Assembly (NCBI RefSeq): GCF_009914755.1
Contig: NC_060948.1
Length of the DNA: 64,000 nt
Source of the DNA: the human T2T-CHM13v2.0 reference genome, Homo sapiens
Direction: 5' to 3' (one strand)
Below the pieces are notes generated by a model. It was not told the origin of the DNA and did no database searches. It worked only from the letters and a program-made list of their open reading frames with translations. Below are positions 58,688-64,000 of the stretch, piece after piece. Within the stretch, counting starts at the first letter, position 1. Each line of letters opens with the position of its first letter. A program made the translations under genes and the position numbers.

Positions 58688-61600
58688 GAATATTATATTG
58701 GCTACTGATGCTGGTTAGAGTACCAACTTAAAACTTCATACCTTTGGTTCAGGGAATTGAGTTCACATGTAACCAAATGAAACAATAATTTAGAAGACCA
58801 TTTATTTTCTCTCAGTGCTTCTGACTAGAACAGCCTTCAAACTATACCCTTCATATGGGGGTAGCATTGTTGACACTCTTTCCAAAGATGTACTTTCCAC
58901 ATCGTCTTAGGTATGGAAAAATGACCTGTTTACAATCAAACTGGTCCCTTGGGCCTTTTCTTCCTCCTATTGAACTAGGAGCTCATTTCTCCATGGTGTG
59001 CAGACTGAGGCCTAACTTTCTGACAATTAAATCATGCTTTTTTGCTGACTTTTTCTTGAAATGTGAAACCTCACTTGAATTTTTTTTTTTTTTAGTTTCT
59101 TCTTTTAAATATCCTATTTGTTGGGTAAGATTTTACTATATCTTTAGTTTTAAATTCTGCTGTGTAGACTCTGGCAGCTGCCTCTATGGTGACAAAACAA
59201 GCTTTTTTTTTTTTTTTTTTTCATTAAAACAGGGAGATTAGGATTTTACCAGGCATCAATCTTAGCCATTATCTATAAATCAAAGCATGCTAATAATTTC
59301 CATTGCTTTACTTTTTAAATGACATTAACCCTTTTCATTTAGAATGTTCTGGAAGCACAATTAAGCCAAGAAAGTTTTCAGATATATGGCTGTATAGTAT
59401 GGCTGTGTGAACTGTATGACCTTCACTGAGGAGGTTGACATAAAATACAAACACTTAAAAATTGAAACACACAAAAAATAGGTTAGCACTATCAAGCAGC
59501 AATCAGAAAAAGCCCCCAGGGTTCCTGGATATGAAAAGGCAGATTCCACAGGATTTTCAAGAGGCCTAGATTAATTTTTCCACAAATGAGAGCACGTGGA
59601 GGAAGGTAATGATAATGGTGCTCACACTTGTGATTCCCATACCAGTTTTTGTCCCTATAGGCTTACTGTAGGAGGTGTTCCCTACAGCCACCTAGGAAGT
59701 TGATGACCTACACTCTTACTTCTGCTTGCCAGGAGTAACTGAAAGCAAACACCACAGTCTGTTGTTTATTAGCTTTTAAAGGCTTGTTAACATTCCTTGT
59801 TAACAATTTCTTTTTGGGTAACCTTTTATAAAATGTGTAAGTAATGAGTGATCCAGCAGACAAGGCAGTAGACAATTTACCTAGATGCAGATATTAGAGA
59901 AAACAGAGCTTGCAAGTTAATCCTTGATCTTTCCTTGCTATCTCTAATTCCCTCCAGCTTTTACCTGACTTTTGGAGCTATGTGGAATCCTTTATTTTTT
60001 ATTTTTTTAAAATATTATTGCCGTCAGGGGCTAGCCTTAGCAATGTCCTGGGAAAGTCAACCCTACCAATTAGAGGAGAGTAGATAAATCTCCTAAAACC
60101 TCAGAGATTAGTGAGCTTTGGATGCAGTAGGGATAACACAGTTAACTTAATACAAACAATATTATTTCAAAAAAGGAAGAAAACTGGACTTCTAAGGGTG
60201 AATTATTCTCACTGTAATAGAAATGGTTTCCTTTCAGGTTTTTAGCCTAAAAAGAGTAAGGCAAGATAGCTTAAAAGTATATAGGGTTTAATGTTTAATT
60301 CCCCTAATTCTGATAAAATGGCTTAGGTTTTTAGATCATACTTCCTAACTAATTTTCATTGGTGGAATACCTCTAGAAACTATTGTTTTGCTTGGCTTCT
60401 TGATACCCTAGATAATCCGGGGTTTGATGAAAAAAACACTAGTTGGATTTAGGGAGAGAGAAGATGGGGTTTCTTGGGTAAAGAAGCAGAGTGGCTGGAT
60501 TGACTCAGAAGACTTAACTTGAATTTTTCCTCTTCATCCTCCTGTCATTCAAACTAATTACAGATCACATCAACTGTTAGACTAACTCGACTTCATTCAA
60601 GAAAGCTGACTGCCAACCCTGCAGGGTGACTACTAAGTAAATCTAGAGGAGATAAGACAGAGTGGGAGTTTGCCTAAGTAATCTCAGGGGAACAGTAAGC
60701 CAGGAAGTGACATCAGAAGAGGTAAGCAGAACACAGAGTAGGGAAATGAACACTGAAGCTTCTCCCAGAGAAGAGGATTCTAAGAGGTCAGCTGAGTGGG
60801 CAGGAAATAAGGCGAAGTCCTAGAACATAAGGCTTAGGGACTTCAGCCGAATCGATGATCCTTTAGAGGCTAGGAATGTGGACTCATCTTATCTATGCTC
60901 TGGCAATGGTCCCATCCTTCCATCCTCCTCCTCTGTATACTCCCTCTCTCTTCTCAAAAACACAAGTTAGTCTACTCTGTAAGTAGAGTCTGAATAGCTT
61001 ATCTGCACATGATGATATCATATATTTTAGAAAAGGCATGAATCTTTTCTCCAATTGGTAGGTTAATTCACAAATCTATTATGCTGTATGCTCTAATCTG
61101 GAAGTCTTAGAACTTCTCTAAGTGTTTTTGTCAAAGACTGTTTTGCTCTACCTTCTATTGAAGACAAATGATGGCCACTAAAATGAGACTCTCTAGTGTG
61201 TCTGAACTAGATAGAAACTGTTCAAAGAAGGAATTACTTTCACAGCTTTTATGGCCCAACTGGGGACAACAGATAATGTGAATGAGACTCTAGAGAAGAA
61301 GAGACTAAAAGCTGCTCAGAAACCAATATGAATACAGAGAGTAGAGGTAAAAAGAATGATTAGCTGGATAGACCATAGTTTTAAAAATGTCCCAAAATAA
61401 GAAGCAGACTTCTTTCTTTCATACCTCTTGAAATTCTCCCATAATAATCTCATTGCTTGGGCCTGTTTCTCATAAAAGAACAGAATGAAGATCACCATTA
61501 ATTCAGATGGCAATCCTAGAAAGGGACAGAAATCAGACTGGTTTTGATTTGTGAAATGTGTAGGGCCCTCAAAACACCAGAGACTGGCTTAGAAAAATCC

Positions 61601-62432
61601 CCACAAAAGCTTTCAACTTGAAAGTTATCAGGAGTTCAGGAAGGCACATAATTAAAAGCAAACTCCTTCTACCAAGTTTAAAATAAAACTGTGGCTCAGG
61701 AAAGCTGGGCCCAAGGGAAAGGAATGAGACCAAGTCACATGTCTGCTACCAAGGCTGAAACTGGTTTAACTCATTTTCCTTTTGGAGTTATGGCTTGACC
61801 CCACAGTGATGGGAAAAAACTTCTATTTACATTTTCTCCCGAAGAGGGAATAAGCAGAAGGAACATTTTATATTATGTTCTTGTGTACTAGCTGAGCCAG
61901 AGGAAAAAATTTGAGCTATTCTGGGGTGGTCTACAGAGAACCATCTTCTTTCCCTTCAGTGTTCTCAGAATATTGACTGTTGATGAACAAGCCAATGATG
62001 TGAGTGTGGCTGCAGCAAGGACCCTTCAAATTTTCAGAGGTACTGCAAACCTAATCATGGTCTGAGTTAATTGCGAAATAGTATAATTTTGTAACTTTTG
62101 AGTTTAAGAATCATTCTGGTTTCATATGTAAGTCCAAGAGAGACAAAAGTTTTCCATCCTTCTATCTTAAGGAAAAAGATTTCTTCATAATTCAAACAGA
62201 CAAGATTCTTAGGAAACTTGAAATAAGGAGAATCTACCAGTCTCTAACTTTGAAGTGAAGCCTTCATTGTTCTAGTAATTTATCTGGGGATCCTGCATAA
62301 TCTAGAAATAAATGTGAGGGTGGAACAAGAACTTCCAAGGTTTATGCAAAGATGTGACAGTAGAGGGCAATGATAATGAGGCCTATGCTGTTTTTTATAT
62401 CAAAAAAATTAATATCATCAAATTTTCAATTT

Positions 62433-63002
62433 CATTAGTTTTCTATTGCTGCCAAAACAAAATTTAGTGGCTTAAAAACCCATTTATTATCACACAGTTT
62501 TGTAGGTCAGAAGTCTGCACAGTTCTGCTGGGTTCCCTCCTCAAGTACTCAATGGTCTGAAATCAAGGAGTCTGCTATTGGCTTTTATCAGGAGCATCTG
62601 GGGAAGAATCTGCTTCAAGCTCATCCAGGTTGTTGGCAGGAATCCAGCCCTGTGAGGTTTCAGGTACCCACAGCCTTGCAGGGTAGTGGCTGCTTACTGC
62701 TTGCAGAAGCTCCTACATTCCTTTTCACATGGCCCTTCTGATTTTCAAACCAGCAATGAAGCATTGAGTTCTTTTCGCACTTCACATTTCTCTGGCTTCC
62801 TGTCCATCATCTGCTGAGAAGGCTCTCTGCCTTCACAGGCTTATGTGATTAGCTCAGGCCCACCCAGGAAAACCTCCCTAACTTAGGTCAACTGTGGTAT
62901 GTAACAGAACAATCATGCGAGAGCTATCTTGTCATATACATGGGTTCTAGAGATTAGGCGAGGACCTTTTGGGGAGGCATTTTAGAAATTCCAACTATCA
63001 CA
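62433..63002 (-). mobile_element. MLT1 (MaLR) LTR
   Basis: attagttttctattgctgcc...tagtggcttaaaa...cacagttttgtaggtcagaagtc...ggcccacccagga. Confidence 0.75.
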
Positions 63003-64000
63003 AGGATCTCCCTTATAAAAAATGGTCTAATTTATCTGTAACATCCTAAAAGAAACATCCATAGCACATGGCCTCTCAGCTGCACTAGGTGATTACATAC
63101 ATTCAGAATCAGGGCAATACCAAAAGTGCTGTCTTATGCAGGGAAAAAAACAGGCGTCCATGTGACCTGGTATACATATGTGTAAGAGAGTATACTTCCA
63201 AGGAAAAATTAACTTTTAAAAGCAAGTATTAAATCACATATGTCTTCATCATATTATATGTCTTGATTTGTCTTTACCGACTACTTAATACATATAGAAC
63301 AAAAAGTTAAACATAGTCAAATACAGTATTTACATTCAGTTCATATTATAAATATTTCTGAAAAATCTCATATGCCAGATTGTGACTACCCTATCAATTT
63401 AAGGCATGTAAAATGTTAAGGCATGTAAAAATGGTATCATGTAACATCATCTCATATATTGCAGCATATGTCACTATATTTTAAAAGAAAAACCATTAAG
63501 TTCATTAAATGATAGAAATAGACTCATCTTTTGTTGTCTCTATTGTGCTACCTAATATTATTAGAATTTTAAAGCTCTTAGCATCTATGCAGACCTGCAC
63601 CTCCCTTTTGTGAATATTCCCAGCTTCTGAAGAATTTCTGGATCTTTTGGAAACTCACAAAATGCACTCATTGTAGAAGGAAATATATGGATATATTAAG
63701 GCCTCCATAAGATACCTAAGGCAAGCCATTTTATATGTATAATTGAAAACTCTTGTGATTCATAAATGCATTTGCAGCCTCCGGCATATTTTCCCTCTAG
63801 CCTTTCACATGCTGTGTACTATATAGGATGAAAATGACCAACAGGGGAATGAGGAGCTCTAAAACTTGTGTGGCTCTAGCACATGGGTCACGTTTCTCAC
63901 ATTTAATATCTATGTTTACTTTCCCCATAGCTTGGAGTTTTAGGTTCACACAGATGTGTATGGGCATCTGAAACTATGAAATACATTCAGATGATTTAAA

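Noticed and set aside
58855-59241. 128-aa ORF and exon-like segment
   Set aside because: No recognisable homolog, spans polyT runs, and the opposite strand contains stops.

Overview
Primate (most likely human) genomic DNA with no intact protein-coding gene; nearly all ORFs in the track come from repeats. The window has two parts. The left part (about 1-39 kb) is AT-rich and retroelement-rich. It holds a decayed betaretrovirus-like provirus (HERV-K HML-5/HERVK22-type, gag-dUTPase/pro-pol-env plus 3' LTR22, about 19.2-28.8 kb). This provirus has lost its 5' LTR at a junction with an L1 fragment and carries two nested solo LTRs: an antisense LTR6 in pro and a sense LTR12C in integrase. The right part (about 39.5-64 kb) contains an intron-bearing, minus-strand duplicate of the RERE gene. 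Two BAH-domain exons lie 9.6 kb apart with intact splice sites, and one has a +1 frameshift, so this is an unprocessed RERE pseudogene (REREP-type segmental duplication; such copies are known on Yq and 15q11). I found no new gene system. The most unusual sequence-level signals are templated-insertion scars in the provirus, including a 33-bp inverted copy of the protease active site inside RT and an iterated fold-back insertion in env. Several element-to-element junctions also lack target-site duplications. Repeat subfamily names come from remembered consensus sequences and need RepeatMasker/Dfam confirmation.
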